Assembly (NCBI GenBank): GCA_009695305.1
Contig: SIBG01000010.1
Location: 1,646-65,645, forward strand
DNA length: 64,000 bases
Direction: 5' to 3'
From: Opitutus sp.
GTDB lineage: Bacteria; Verrucomicrobiota; Verrucomicrobiia; Opitutales; Opitutaceae
Positions 27,438-37,400 of this stretch are shown here, piece after piece (positions within the stretch are counted from its first letter, which is position 1; every line of letters begins with the position of its first letter). The notes under the pieces were generated by a model. The model saw nothing but the letters and a program-made list of their open reading frames with translations. It had not been told where the DNA came from and searched no databases. Made by a program: the position numbers and the translations under genes.

Positions 27438-27513
27438 GTCATCGCGAGCCCGCACAGCGGGCGTGGCGATCCATCTAGCTGGATTGCTTCGTCGCTCCGC
27501 TCCTCGCAATGAC
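27438..27513. repeat. GTCATCGCGAG-family palindrome (complete copy)
   Basis: GTCATCGCGAGCCCGCACAGCGGGCGTGGCGATCCATCTAGCTGGATTGCTTCGTCGCTCCGCTCCTCGCAATGAC. The outer arms are complementary. Confidence 0.75.
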
Positions 27514-27523
27514 ACCGAGAATC

Positions 27524-28849
27524 ATGTCCGCATCCACTCTCACCGAAACCAAATCTCTCACCGGCTCCTTCACCGCCGAAGCGTTCGCCGCGCACCTCGC
27601 CGGCCTTCCGCCGCTGCCGCCGTGGTGGCTCGACCGCAAACGCGCCGCCTTCGAGCGCTTCGCCTCGCTGCCGATGCCGTCGGCCACCGACGAGACGTGG
27701 CGCTTCAGCAACCGCTCCACGCTGACGCTCGACGGCTTTCAGCTCCCGCCGACCAGCGCGTCCGCCGCCTCGCTCCACGCGCCCATCGGCATCAAGAAAT
27801 CCGCGAAGCTTGTCTTTGTGAATGGCCGCCTCGCCACGCGTGAGACGCTCGCCGCCGATCTCGCGCAGCGCGGCGTCATCGTCGATACGCTGCAAAACGC
27901 CCTCCATCAGCACGGCGATCGCGTGCGCGAGCACTTGCTGGCGCAACCGGCCAGACTCGGTTCCGCCAAATTTGCCGCCCTGCACGAGGCGTTCCTCACC
28001 GACGGCGCGTTCATCTCCGTGCCGAAGGGCGTCGAGGTTGAACTACCCATCGGCGTGTTTTCCTATGCGGCCGGCGCGGGCGCGGCGGTGTTCCCGCACA
28101 CGCTCGTCGTCGCCGGCGACAATTCGAAAGTCACGGTCGTCGAATACTTCGGCTCCTCCGTGGACGCCGATGCGCACTTCGCCGTCGGGGCGAACGATCT
28201 CTACGCGAGCCACGGCGCGCACCTCACCTACATCGGCAAGCAGGACTGGAGCCTCCGCACCCTGTCGTTCCAGCTGAACTCGACCATCGTGCGCCGCGAC
28301 GCCCGCGTGCAGTCCCTCAATCTTCACTTGGGCGCGCGTCAGGCCCGCCACGAATCGCTCTCGCAATTGCAGGCACCCGGCGCGTTTTCCGAAATGCTCG
28401 CGCTCACCGTCGCGCACGACGCCCAGGAGTTCGACCAGCGCACCCTGCAAATCCACGAGGCCCCCAACACGAAGAGTGATCTGCTCTACAAGAACGCGCT
28501 GCGCGACCGCGCGAAAACAATTTTCTCCGGTCTCATCGTGGTCGATCCCGATGCGCAAAAAACCGACGCCTACCAGAGCAACCGCAACCTGATGCTGAGT
28601 GACGATTGCGAGGCCAGTTCGCTCCCCGGTCTCGAGATTCAGGCCAACGACGTCCGTTGCACGCACGGCGCCACCACGAGCCGCATCGATCCGGAGCAGG
28701 AATTTTATCTCCAATCCCGCGGCATTGCGAAGGAAGCCGCCGACGAGTTGCTCACGTTTGGTTTTTTCGAGGACGTGCTCAACCGCCTCGCCAGCGACGA
28801 ACTCCACGCCGCCCTGCGCACGCTCATCCAATCCAAATTTAAGAAATGA
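27524..28849 (+). CDS. sufD: Fe-S cluster assembly protein SufD
   Basis: ORF 27509..28849. The first ATG lies inside the palindrome, so the ATG at 27524 (MSASTLTE...) is preferred. SufD-like beta-helix C-terminus (CTHGATTSRIDPEQEFYLQSRGI). Confidence 0.9.
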   Translation: MSASTLTETKSLTGSFTAEAFAAHLAGLPPLPPWWLDRKRAAFERFASLPMPSATDETWRFSNRSTLTLDGFQLPPTSASAASLHAPIGIKKSAKLVFVNGRLATRETLAADLAQRGVIVDTLQNALHQHGDRVREHLLAQPARLGSAKFAALHEAFLTDGAFISVPKGVEVELPIGVFSYAAGAGAAVFPHTLVVAGDNSKVTVVEYFGSSVDADAHFAVGANDLYASHGAHLTYIGKQDWSLRTLSFQLNSTIVRRDARVQSLNLHLGARQARHESLSQLQAPGAFSEMLALTVAHDAQEFDQRTLQIHEAPNTKSDLLYKNALRDRAKTIFSGLIVVDPDAQKTDAYQSNRNLMLSDDCEASSLPGLEIQANDVRCTHGATTSRIDPEQEFYLQSRGIAKEAADELLTFGFFEDVLNRLASDELHAALRTLIQSKFKK

Positions 28850-28933
28850 TCCGGTCGGCGGCGCGCTCGTCGCGCCCCGCTTGCTCGCCGCAGGCGAGTT
28901 GCGCCGCAAGGTCGCAACCGACAAATTCAACCC

Positions 28934-29485
28934 ATGACTCCCAACCGCGACCGTATCCTCTCCCGCGACGTCACTGCCACGCAGATTCCCTCTGGCGACA
29001 AAAGCACGTTGACCGCCGCCACGAAGGTGATGATTCACCAGACGCTGGGCGGCAGCTATACCGTGCAGACGGACTTCGGCCTCTTCCGCATCGACGGCAA
29101 AGACGCCGACGCGCTCGGCGAACAAGTCGCCGCCTCGACGGTCAAGGCCGCCACGCTGACCGGCGGCGCGCCTGACTCCGAGGCGATTTGGGCGCAACTC
29201 CGCTACGTCTTCGACCCCGAGATCCCCGTCAATATCGTCGATCTCGGCCTCGTTTACTCGATGGACGTCGAGCAACTCCCCGACAACACGGGCCACCGCG
29301 TCAATGTCGCGATGACCCTTACCGCCCCCGGCTGCGGCATGGGCCCGGCGATCGCCGAAGACGCGAAGTCGAAAATTCTCCTCGTCCCCGGCGTGAGCGA
29401 CGCCGACGTCCGCATCACTTGGGACCCACCGTGGAATCAGAGCATGATCAGCGAAGAAGGAAAAATGAAGCTGGGGTTAATCTGA
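28934..29485 (+). CDS. sufT: SUF system Fe-S assembly protein, long SufT form (DUF59 C-terminal domain)
   Basis: C-terminal DUF59 block: YVFDPEIPVNIVDLGLVY...MTLTAPGCGMG...WDPPW. There is also an ~70-aa N-terminal extension, as in the long SufT family. Confidence 0.75.
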   Translation: MTPNRDRILSRDVTATQIPSGDKSTLTAATKVMIHQTLGGSYTVQTDFGLFRIDGKDADALGEQVAASTVKAATLTGGAPDSEAIWAQLRYVFDPEIPVNIVDLGLVYSMDVEQLPDNTGHRVNVAMTLTAPGCGMGPAIAEDAKSKILLVPGVSDADVRITWDPPWNQSMISEEGKMKLGLI

Positions 29486-29490
29486 ACCCC

Positions 29491-29584
29491 GTCATGCTGA
29501 GCGCCGCGTAGAATCCAGCAGAATCCGCGCACGCGGAAATCGTGGCGAAAATCCACGTGGATTCTTCGCTTCGCTAAGCCTGAC
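29491..29584. repeat. GTCATGCTGAGCG...CGCTTCGCTAAGCCTGAC palindromic element
   Basis: Long imperfect palindrome with an internal GAATCCACGTGGATTC core, immediately after the sufT stop. Confidence 0.65.
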
Positions 29585-29645
29585 AAACCACCGACGCGAA
29601 ATTTTGCTTCGCGCGCTTTCCGTCAAGCCTGCACGCTGCGCCGCG

Positions 29646-29945
29646 ATGAAACGTTTTCTTTCCGTCCTCGCCCTCCTGGCTGCCCTCGCCCGCGCGGAGA
29701 CTCCGTCAAAGTCCGTCGAGCTCCTCAACGGTCACGACCTCGCCGCGTGGGAGCTGGTCGCCACCCCCGCCGCGGACTTCGCCACCGTCTGCCACTACAA
29801 CGCTGACGGCTCGCTCGCCGTCGCCGGCCAGCCCGTGAGTTTTCTCGCGACGCAGGCGAGCTACGAAAACTATCAGCTCCACGCCGAGTGGCGCTGGCCG
29901 GCGACGGCGGCGAAGAACTGGTGCGGCGAAGGGCGTCAGGACTAG
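29646..29945 (+). pseudogene. DUF1080 (3-keto-disaccharide hydrolase-like) gene, N-terminal fragment
   Basis: MKRFLSVLALLAALARA signal peptide, then LLNGHDLAAWE...DGSLAV...LATQASYENYQLHAEWRW, then loss of similarity and a stop. Confidence 0.6.
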
Positions 29946-29977
29946 CCCGAGCGGGGCCCGGAGGTCCATCCGTGTTT

Positions 29978-30721
29978 TCACCGGCCCTTGGTTCCGGCGC
30001 TGGCGGGCGCCTCCGTTTTCTCCTCCCGGCCCAGGATGAAGCGCACGGCCATCTCGGAATGGAGCGCGGAGGTGTCGAAGGTTGGAAGCGAGACGTCGCC
30101 CGGTTTGATGATCAGGGCGAATTCCGTGCAACCGAGCACGATGCCGTCCACGCCCCGGCGCTTGAGTTTCTCAATCTCGGCGAGCACGAAATTTTTGCCC
30201 ACCGGTTTGAAGATGCCCAGCGCCAGCTCCTTCTGGATGATGCGGTGCAATTCGAGCCGGTCGGCCGCATTTTCGGGCACCAGGGCCTCAATGCCGAATT
30301 TTTTCCGCAGCCGGTCGAGGTAAAACCCGTCCTCCATCGTATAGATCGTCCCGATCAATCCCACGCGTTTCAGGCCCTGCCGCCGGATCGCCTGGCCCGT
30401 GGCATCGGTGATGTGCAGGACGGGCAGTCGGGTCGCCGCGGCGACCTCGGGGTAGACCTTGTGCGCGGTGTTCGAGCACAGGACGATGCCCTGCGCGCCT
30501 GCCGCCTGCAAATGCTCGACCGCTGCGGAGATCATCCTGGCAATCTCGGGCCACTCGTTTTTGGCCTGCAATTCGTGGACGCGGTGCTGGTCGATCGTAT
30601 CGACGAGCAGCGGGGGATTGGTATTGTTCCCGTAGAAGTCGTTCACGCCCTTGTTGATGTCGCGGTAGTAATCGACGGTCGAATACCACGAGATCCCGCC
30701 AACCAGCCCCAAGGGTCTCAT
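29978..30721 (-). CDS. aspartate/glutamate racemase family protein
   Basis: MRPLGLVGGISWYSTVDYY, LCSNTAHK and GCTEF carry the two catalytic Cys blocks. The ORF extends upstream to the ATG at 30850, adding a signal-peptide-like RSRLALVGIALAGPVLWA. Codon usage is atypical (AGA, TTG, CTG, TAT). Confidence 0.8.
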   Translation of the reverse strand: MRPLGLVGGISWYSTVDYYRDINKGVNDFYGNNTNPPLLVDTIDQHRVHELQAKNEWPEIARMISAAVEHLQAAGAQGIVLCSNTAHKVYPEVAAATRLPVLHITDATGQAIRRQGLKRVGLIGTIYTMEDGFYLDRLRKKFGIEALVPENAADRLELHRIIQKELALGIFKPVGKNFVLAEIEKLKRRGVDGIVLGCTEFALIIKPGDVSLPTFDTSALHSEMAVRFILGREEKTEAPASAGTKGR

Positions 30722-30910
30722 TTGCTCGGCGCGCGGAAGCGGCGGCGGTTGGGCCCAAAGCACCGGGCCGGCCAGCGCGATTCCAACCAGCGCCAGTCGG
30801 CTGCGGCCCCATGATCGCAGCCTCCAACCGGCTGGTGACGAAAATCCCATGCCGGATAAATGCGCCGCGGCCCACCCCGGCACAAGCCGGGATTCGTCGC
30901 TCAAAAAAAA

Positions 30911-31309
30911 ATGCAAATATCACTCTCCCATCCGCGCCGGCCTGCCAGCCATTACCTGCCAGGCGCCACCTTCGCCGAGCCCCTGACCAGCGCTCCTGGC
31001 GAGGCCACGGCCCTCCGCGCCCACCACGCGCCAGACAGCGAAAAACCCGCGAGCGAATGGAACACCTGCGACATCGTCTGCCGCAGCGACACCATCGAGG
31101 TCACGGTCAATGGCGTCCGCCAAAACAAAATTACCAGATGCGCGCCGGCCGCGGGCCGGGTCGGTTTCCAACTCGAGGGCACGCCCTTCGAACTGCGGCA
31201 CGTGCGGATCGAGCCGCTGCGCCAGGGGGCGTGGGCCCGAACGCGCCACTCAGCGCGCCGTTCACGGCACCGTGGCCAGACGCCCGTCGTCGAACCGCCC
31301 CGGCTCTGA
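30911..31309 (+). pseudogene. DUF1080 gene, C-terminal fragment
   Basis: ...KPASEWNTCDIVCRSDTIEVTVNGVRQNK...GRVGFQLEGTPFELRHVRIEPL is the typical DUF1080 C-terminal half. No signal peptide or N-terminal half of its own. Confidence 0.6.
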
Positions 31310-32692
31310 AAATTCTGCGAGCCTCATCCCGCGCCGCACTTCCGGTGCGCGCATGAAGTTCCGCCACACGAACCCGCTCCGCAGGTTCTCCGCCATCACG
31401 AGCGTGATGCCCACATTGATTCCAATCACATCCGGCGAAGCCCAGCCCGTCTGCGGATTGAACGCATCCGAAAACCCGTAACGCCCCCAGGCCCCCGCGC
31501 CGCCGACCTCGCGCATGCGTTTCAGCGACGTCAGGCACTCGCCCGGCGCAAACGGCAGCGACCCGCCCGGCGCGCTCGGCACCAGCGTCCCATCGCTCGC
31601 GTCGTCCGCCCGCGCGACCGGCGTGCCCCACGCCACGTAGCCGCGCGCGCTGTCCGACGCCGTGAGCCCCCACAGGTCGCGGGACCAAAACGGAAACCGC
31701 CCGCCCTGCGCCGCGCTCCACTCGCGCTGCGCGAGCGTCGCCTCGACCGAGTTTTGCCAGTAATCCGCATACCGGTCGCGCCGCCCGCGAAAATCAAACC
31801 ACGCATGCGCATACTGGTGCGTGAAGAGCGGCCCGCACTGGATAAACGCCCGCCCCTCTGTGCTCACCCACGGCTCGCGCCGCCAGGCATGCCACGTCTC
31901 CGCCGGCAACGCCCCGGCCGTCGCGCCGATGCCCAATAGATAAAGTCCCATCATCTCCGCGTAACTGTCCCAGCGACTCGCAATAAATCCGCCCTCGGGC
32001 CGCCACCCGTGCGAGAGGGTGCGCCCCCCGTCGAGCGCCCACCGCCAGTCGATGCGCGCGTAGATTCGGTTGACCAGCTCCGTCACCTCCGCGTCGCGCA
32101 GATATTCCCGCGCGAGGAGGGCGCCTTGGAGCAACAGCGCGGTGTCGATCGTCGAGGCCTCGCATTGCCAAACCCGTTTTCCGTTCACCGCGTCGACGAA
32201 ATGATAAAGCCAGCCATGTTCCTGCGCGTGTTCCTCCGCGACAAATCGCAGCGTCTGCACCACGCGCCGCCGGGCCTCGCCCGCGCGCAACCACCCGCGC
32301 TCCTCGGCAATGCACCACGCCGTCAGCGCAAACCCCGTCGCCGCCACGCTCGCCGGCGCCTGACTAGACGCCCCGTGGTTCGGTGCGCGGTCGCGCGTGA
32401 GACCGGTGAGCGGGTCCGAGTGCTCCGTGAAAAACCGCACCGCCCGCCGCTCCACGTCGTCGAGCAGGGCCGAATCTTCCGGCGAAAGTGCCCCGTGGCG
32501 CGCCCAGCCCCCGAGCGTTGGCCCGGCCGTCGCTCTCCCGTCGAGTGCCACCTCCTTCGCCCGTGCCCCCGGCGAAAACATCACCGCCCCCAGCAGCGCC
32601 GCCACGCCGCTCAAGAGGCGAAGGAGCCCCCGACTCTCTCGCAGAGAGTCCAACGCGCCCTGGGGGTTGGGGTTGTTAAGTGTCCGCTTCAT
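31262..32692 (-). CDS. putative glucoamylase / beta-1,2-glucanase-like protein (PF10091, GH144-like)
   Basis: MKRTL...LLGAVMFSPGARA signal peptide. Alpha/alpha-barrel-like blocks: SVAATGFALTA, TIDTALLLQGAL, SYAEMMGLYLLG, GPLFTHQYAHAWFD and GINVGITLVMAEN. Confidence 0.55.
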   Translation of the reverse strand: MKRTLNNPNPQGALDSLRESRGLLRLLSGVAALLGAVMFSPGARAKEVALDGRATAGPTLGGWARHGALSPEDSALLDDVERRAVRFFTEHSDPLTGLTRDRAPNHGASSQAPASVAATGFALTAWCIAEERGWLRAGEARRRVVQTLRFVAEEHAQEHGWLYHFVDAVNGKRVWQCEASTIDTALLLQGALLAREYLRDAEVTELVNRIYARIDWRWALDGGRTLSHGWRPEGGFIASRWDSYAEMMGLYLLGIGATAGALPAETWHAWRREPWVSTEGRAFIQCGPLFTHQYAHAWFDFRGRRDRYADYWQNSVEATLAQREWSAAQGGRFPFWSRDLWGLTASDSARGYVAWGTPVARADDASDGTLVPSAPGGSLPFAPGECLTSLKRMREVGGAGAWGRYGFSDAFNPQTGWASPDVIGINVGITLVMAENLRSGFVWRNFMRAPEVRRGMRLAEFSEPGRFDDGRLATVP

Positions 32693-32980
32693 GCGAGCCA
32701 CCGGTGTCTCTGTGGTATCGGCTCAGGCCCGCCGGGCGAGGAGAAATTTTTCGAATCGGCATTTTTTCTCCCGCCGGCCCCTGGCCCGCCGGCCGCCTGG
32801 CCCGACCGCCCCACTCCGCCGGAAAATTCCCCGGCCGGAATTTTTCTGCCTCGATCGCCGAACCCAGCGCCTCCGCCTTCGACATTCCGAGCTTCCCCGC
32901 CACCGCCGTCTCCGCTTTGCTCCCGCCACCGCACCCCGCGCAGTTACCTCCTCCGTCCACCCACGTCTTTCCCCGCGCCC

Positions 32981-34438
32981 ATGTCCCATCACGCTCCACG
33001 ACTCGAGGATTACTTCCTCACCCGCCGGGATTTTCTCCATCGTTGCGGCATTGGTTTTGGCGCACTCGGTTTCGCCGCCCTCGCCAGCCCGCCGCTCTTC
33101 GCGGAAACCCCCAGCGCCGGCGTCCGCGTCAACTTCGACCATCCCCTCGCCCCGCGCCCCGCGCACTTCCCCGCCAAGGCGAAACGCGTCATCCACATTT
33201 TCGCCAACGGCGGTCCGTCCCAAGTCGATACTTTCGACCCCAAGCCCGCCCTCACCAAATGGCACGGCCAGGCCATCCCCCTCGAGCTCAAGACCGAGCG
33301 CAAGACCGGCGCCGCCTTGCGTTCGCCCTTCGCGTTCAAGCCCTACGGCCAGAGCGGCATCGAGGTCAGCGACCTCTTCCCGCACGTCGCCGAACACATC
33401 GACGACCTCGCCGTCATCCGCTCGATGCACGCCGACGTCCCGAACCATGAGCCGTCGCTCATGCTGATGAACTGCGGCGACGCCCGCCTCCCGCGCCCCG
33501 CCCTCGGCTCGTGGGTCACCTACGGCCTCGGTTCGGAAAATCAAAATCTTCCCGGCTTCATCGCGATGTGCCCCGGCGGTTATCCGATCCAGGAGTCGCA
33601 AAACTGGCAGAGTGCCTTTCTCCCCGGCATTTATCAGGGCAACTACATCAACACCGCGTTCACCGACATCGACCGGCTCATCGAGCACATCCGCAACCCC
33701 GCCGCCACGCCCGCGGAGCAGCGCGCCCAACTCGACCTCCTGCAAAAACTCAACGTCCGCCACGCCGCGCAACGCGCGCCCGACGCCCAACTCGAGGCGC
33801 GCATCCAATCCTACGAGCTCGCCTATCGCTTGCAACTCGAGGCCACCGACGCCTTCACCATCAGCCGCGAGCCCGCCGCCATGCGCGCCCTCTACGGCGA
33901 CACCACGCAGGGCCGCCAGCTCCTCACCGCCCGCCGCCTGCTCGAAAAGGGCGTCCGCTTCGTCCAAGTCTGGCACGGCGAGGGCCAGCCCTGGGACAGC
34001 CACGATGACATCGAAGTAAACCACCGCCGCCTCGCCCGCGAGAGCGACCAGGCCATCGGGGCGCTCCTCCAGGATCTTAAACAACGCGGGATGCTCGAGG
34101 ACACCCTCGTGATTTGGGGCGGCGAGTTCGGTCGCACGCCCGTCGTCGAACTCCCCACCCCCGGGGCCAACGCCGGCAAGGTCAATGGCCGCGACCACAA
34201 TCACCACGGCTTCACGATGTGGCTGGCCGGCGGCGGCGTGAAGGGCGGCTACGTCCACGGTGCGACGGATGAGTTCGGCTTCAAAGCCGTGGAAAAGCCC
34301 GTCCACGTCCACGACCTCCACGCGACCATCCTCGCCCTGCTCGGCTTCGACCACGAGAAACTCACCTACCGCCATGCCGGCCGCGATTTCCGCCTCACCG
34401 ATGTGCACGGCAAAGTTGTCCGGGAGCTCATTGCGTGA
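32981..34438 (+). CDS. DUF1501 domain protein (sulfatase-like, Tat signal)
   Basis: The ATG at 32981 gives MSHHAPRLEDYFLTRRDFLHRCGIGFGALG. Also KRVIHIFANGGPSQVDTFDPKP, and GEFGRTP...GRDHN. Confidence 0.85.
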   Translation: MSHHAPRLEDYFLTRRDFLHRCGIGFGALGFAALASPPLFAETPSAGVRVNFDHPLAPRPAHFPAKAKRVIHIFANGGPSQVDTFDPKPALTKWHGQAIPLELKTERKTGAALRSPFAFKPYGQSGIEVSDLFPHVAEHIDDLAVIRSMHADVPNHEPSLMLMNCGDARLPRPALGSWVTYGLGSENQNLPGFIAMCPGGYPIQESQNWQSAFLPGIYQGNYINTAFTDIDRLIEHIRNPAATPAEQRAQLDLLQKLNVRHAAQRAPDAQLEARIQSYELAYRLQLEATDAFTISREPAAMRALYGDTTQGRQLLTARRLLEKGVRFVQVWHGEGQPWDSHDDIEVNHRRLARESDQAIGALLQDLKQRGMLEDTLVIWGGEFGRTPVVELPTPGANAGKVNGRDHNHHGFTMWLAGGGVKGGYVHGATDEFGFKAVEKPVHVHDLHATILALLGFDHEKLTYRHAGRDFRLTDVHGKVVRELIA

Positions 34439-37400
34439 AGCCACTCCGCCGTCATCGCGAGGAGCGCAGTGGCGAGGCGATCCAGCTCTCCACCCCCGGC
34501 GCGCCAACGCCCCGTCCCTTTCATCTCGTCATCCTTGGCCTCCTGCTCGGCGCCACCACGGCCTCCTTCGCCGCGACCGCCGCCGATCTCCCGCCCGACC
34601 AGGTCGAATTCTTCGAAACCAAAATCCGCCCCATTTTCGTCGAGTCCTGCTACAAATGTCACAGCGAACGGGAAGGAAAATCCAAGGGCAGCCTCACCCT
34701 TGATTCCCGCGACGCGCTCCGGCGGGGCGGCGCGACCGGCCCGGCCTTCGTCGCGGGCGATCCGGACCAAAGCCTCCTCATTCAAGCGGTCCGCTACACC
34801 GATGAAGATCTCCAAATGCCGCCGGAGAAAGACGGCGCCGGTGGCAAGCTCTCCGCGGAAAAAATCGCCGCGCTCGAGCAGTGGATAAAAATGGGCGCGC
34901 CCGACCCGCGCACCGCCACGCCCACGCCCGCCACCCTCGACATGACCCGCGCCCGCCAACACTGGGCCTTTCAACCCATCGCCCAACCCGCGGCGCCCTC
35001 CGTCCAAAATCAAGCGTGGGTTCAGTCCCCGCTCGACGCGTTCGTCCTCGCGAAACTCGAAAAGCAAAAGCTCGCCCCCGCTCCCGCCGCCGACCCGCGC
35101 ACGCTCCTCCGCCGCGTCACTTACGATCTCACGGGCCTCCCGCCGACCCCCGCCGAAGTCGACGCCTTTCTCCGCGACCATTCGCCTGAGGCCTACGCCA
35201 CCGTCGTCGACCGCCTCCTCGCCTCACCGCGCTACGGCGAACGCTGGGGCCGCTACTGGCTCGATGTCGCCCGCTACGCCGACACCCAGGGCTATCTCGT
35301 CGGCAATGCCGAGCGCCGCTTCGCCTACGCCCACACCTACCGCGACTACGTCATCCGCGCCTTCAACACCGACGAGCCCTACGACCAGTTTCTGCTCGAA
35401 CAACTCGCCGCCGATCAGCTCCCGCTGGGCGACGACAAATCTGCCCTCGCCGCGATGGGCTTCCTCACCCTGGGCCGCCGTTTCCTCGGCAATCAAAACG
35501 ACATCATCGACGACCGCATCGACGTCGTCACCCGCGGCCTCATGGGTCTCACCGTCGCCTGCGCGCGCTGCCACGATCACAAATTCGATCCCATTCCCAC
35601 ACGCGACTACTACGCGCTCCACGGCGTTTTTGCCTCCACCGAGGAGCCCGCCGTCAAACCCCTCCTCGGCAAACTCGATGAGTCCGCTCCCGCCTACCGT
35701 GAATTTCTCCGGAAGAAAACCGACGCCGAGGCGCGGGTAAAAGTCCGGGAGCGCGAGGAGGTCGAAAAATTCCTCACCGAGATCCGCAGCCAGACCGGCG
35801 ACTATCTCCTCGGCGCCCACGACGCCGCGCGCCTGCCGCCCACCGAAAAACTCGACCTCTTCGCGGGCGCCAGAAAACTAAATGTCGAGATGCTCAAACG
35901 CTGGCAGCCGTGGCTCGAGGCCCGCGCCCAGGATCCCACCGCTAATTCCGTCCTCGCCCCGTGGTTCGCCCTCGCCGCGCTCCCCGCCAAGGAATTCGCC
36001 GAGGCCGCCCGCGCCCTGCTCGCCGCACCCATGGCAGAAATCCTGGGCGCTGCGCCGCCCCGCGAAAAACGCCCACGATCCGCGACGCCGCCAACTTCCT
36101 CCCCCGACGGCCCGGCCGCCGCGCTCGCCGCGCCACCGGAACTTCTCGCCCACCTTCGGCTACCGGCCGACGCGCCACCCGCCTCGCCCTTCAACGCCGT
36201 CATCCTCGCCGCCCTCACGGAAAAGCCGCTCTCCTCGCTGAAAGACGCCGCCGCCGTCTACAACCGCGTCTTCGCCGACATCGAAAAATCCTGGCAAACC
36301 CTGCGGACCGGCCAGATCGAAATCGAATATCCCGTCACCTTTTCTGACCCCGACCACGAAGCCATCCGCCAAATTCTCTACGCCGGCGGCGCGCCCGCCA
36401 ACCTCGGCTACGACGCCACGGCCAAAATAATCAAACGCACGATCGACGACAAAACCTCCGGCCTGCGCCGCGAGGTCGAGGCGCTCAACTGGACCGAGCC
36501 CGGCGCGCCCCTTCGCGCCATGTCCCTCGTCGACAGAGCCAAACCCCACAACTCCCCCATTTTTCTCCGCGGTAATCCCTCCAACTCAGGCCCCGAGGCC
36601 CCCCGCCGCTTCCTCGAGATCCTCGGTGGCGATAAGCTGCCCGCCGCCACCACCACGAGCGGCCGCCTCGAACTCGCCCGCGCCGTCGCCAGCCCCGCCA
36701 ATCCGCTGACCGCGCGCGTCTTCGTGAATCGCGTCTGGGGCTGGCACTTCGGCCAGGCCCTCGTGCGCACGCCCAGCGATTTCGGCGTCCGCACCGAGGC
36801 CCCGGTCCACCGCGACCTCCTCGACTACCTCAGCGCCACCTTCGTCGCGGGCGGCTGGTCGGTGAAAAAACTCCAGCGCGCCATTGTGCTCTCGACCACT
36901 TATCGCCAGTCGGGTGACGAAACTCCCGCCGCCGCCGCGATCGATCCCGACAACCAACTCCTCCACCGCTTCAACCGCCGCCGCCTCGAATTCGAATCCC
37001 TCCGCGACACCCTGCTCGCCGTCTCCGGCCAGCTCAACCTCACGCCCGGCGGCCTCCCGGACGATCTCACCACCGAGCCCTTCACCCGGCGTCGCACCGT
37101 TTACGGTTTCATCGACCGTCAGAATCTCCCGGGCATGTTCCGCACCTTCGATTTTCCAAACCCCGACACCAGCAGCGCACAGCGGTTCGCCACGACGGTT
37201 CCTCAGCAGGCGCTGTTCATGATGAACAGCCCCTTCGCCCAAGAACAGGCCCGCCACCTCGTCCAGCGCCCCGAACTCCAATCCGCCGCCTCCGACCCCG
37301 AAAAAATCCGCGCCCTCTACGCCACCCTCTACCAACGCGCCCCCGCCGCCGACGAACTCGCCCTTGCCCAGGATTTTCTCGCCACGCAACAGGCCTCGCC

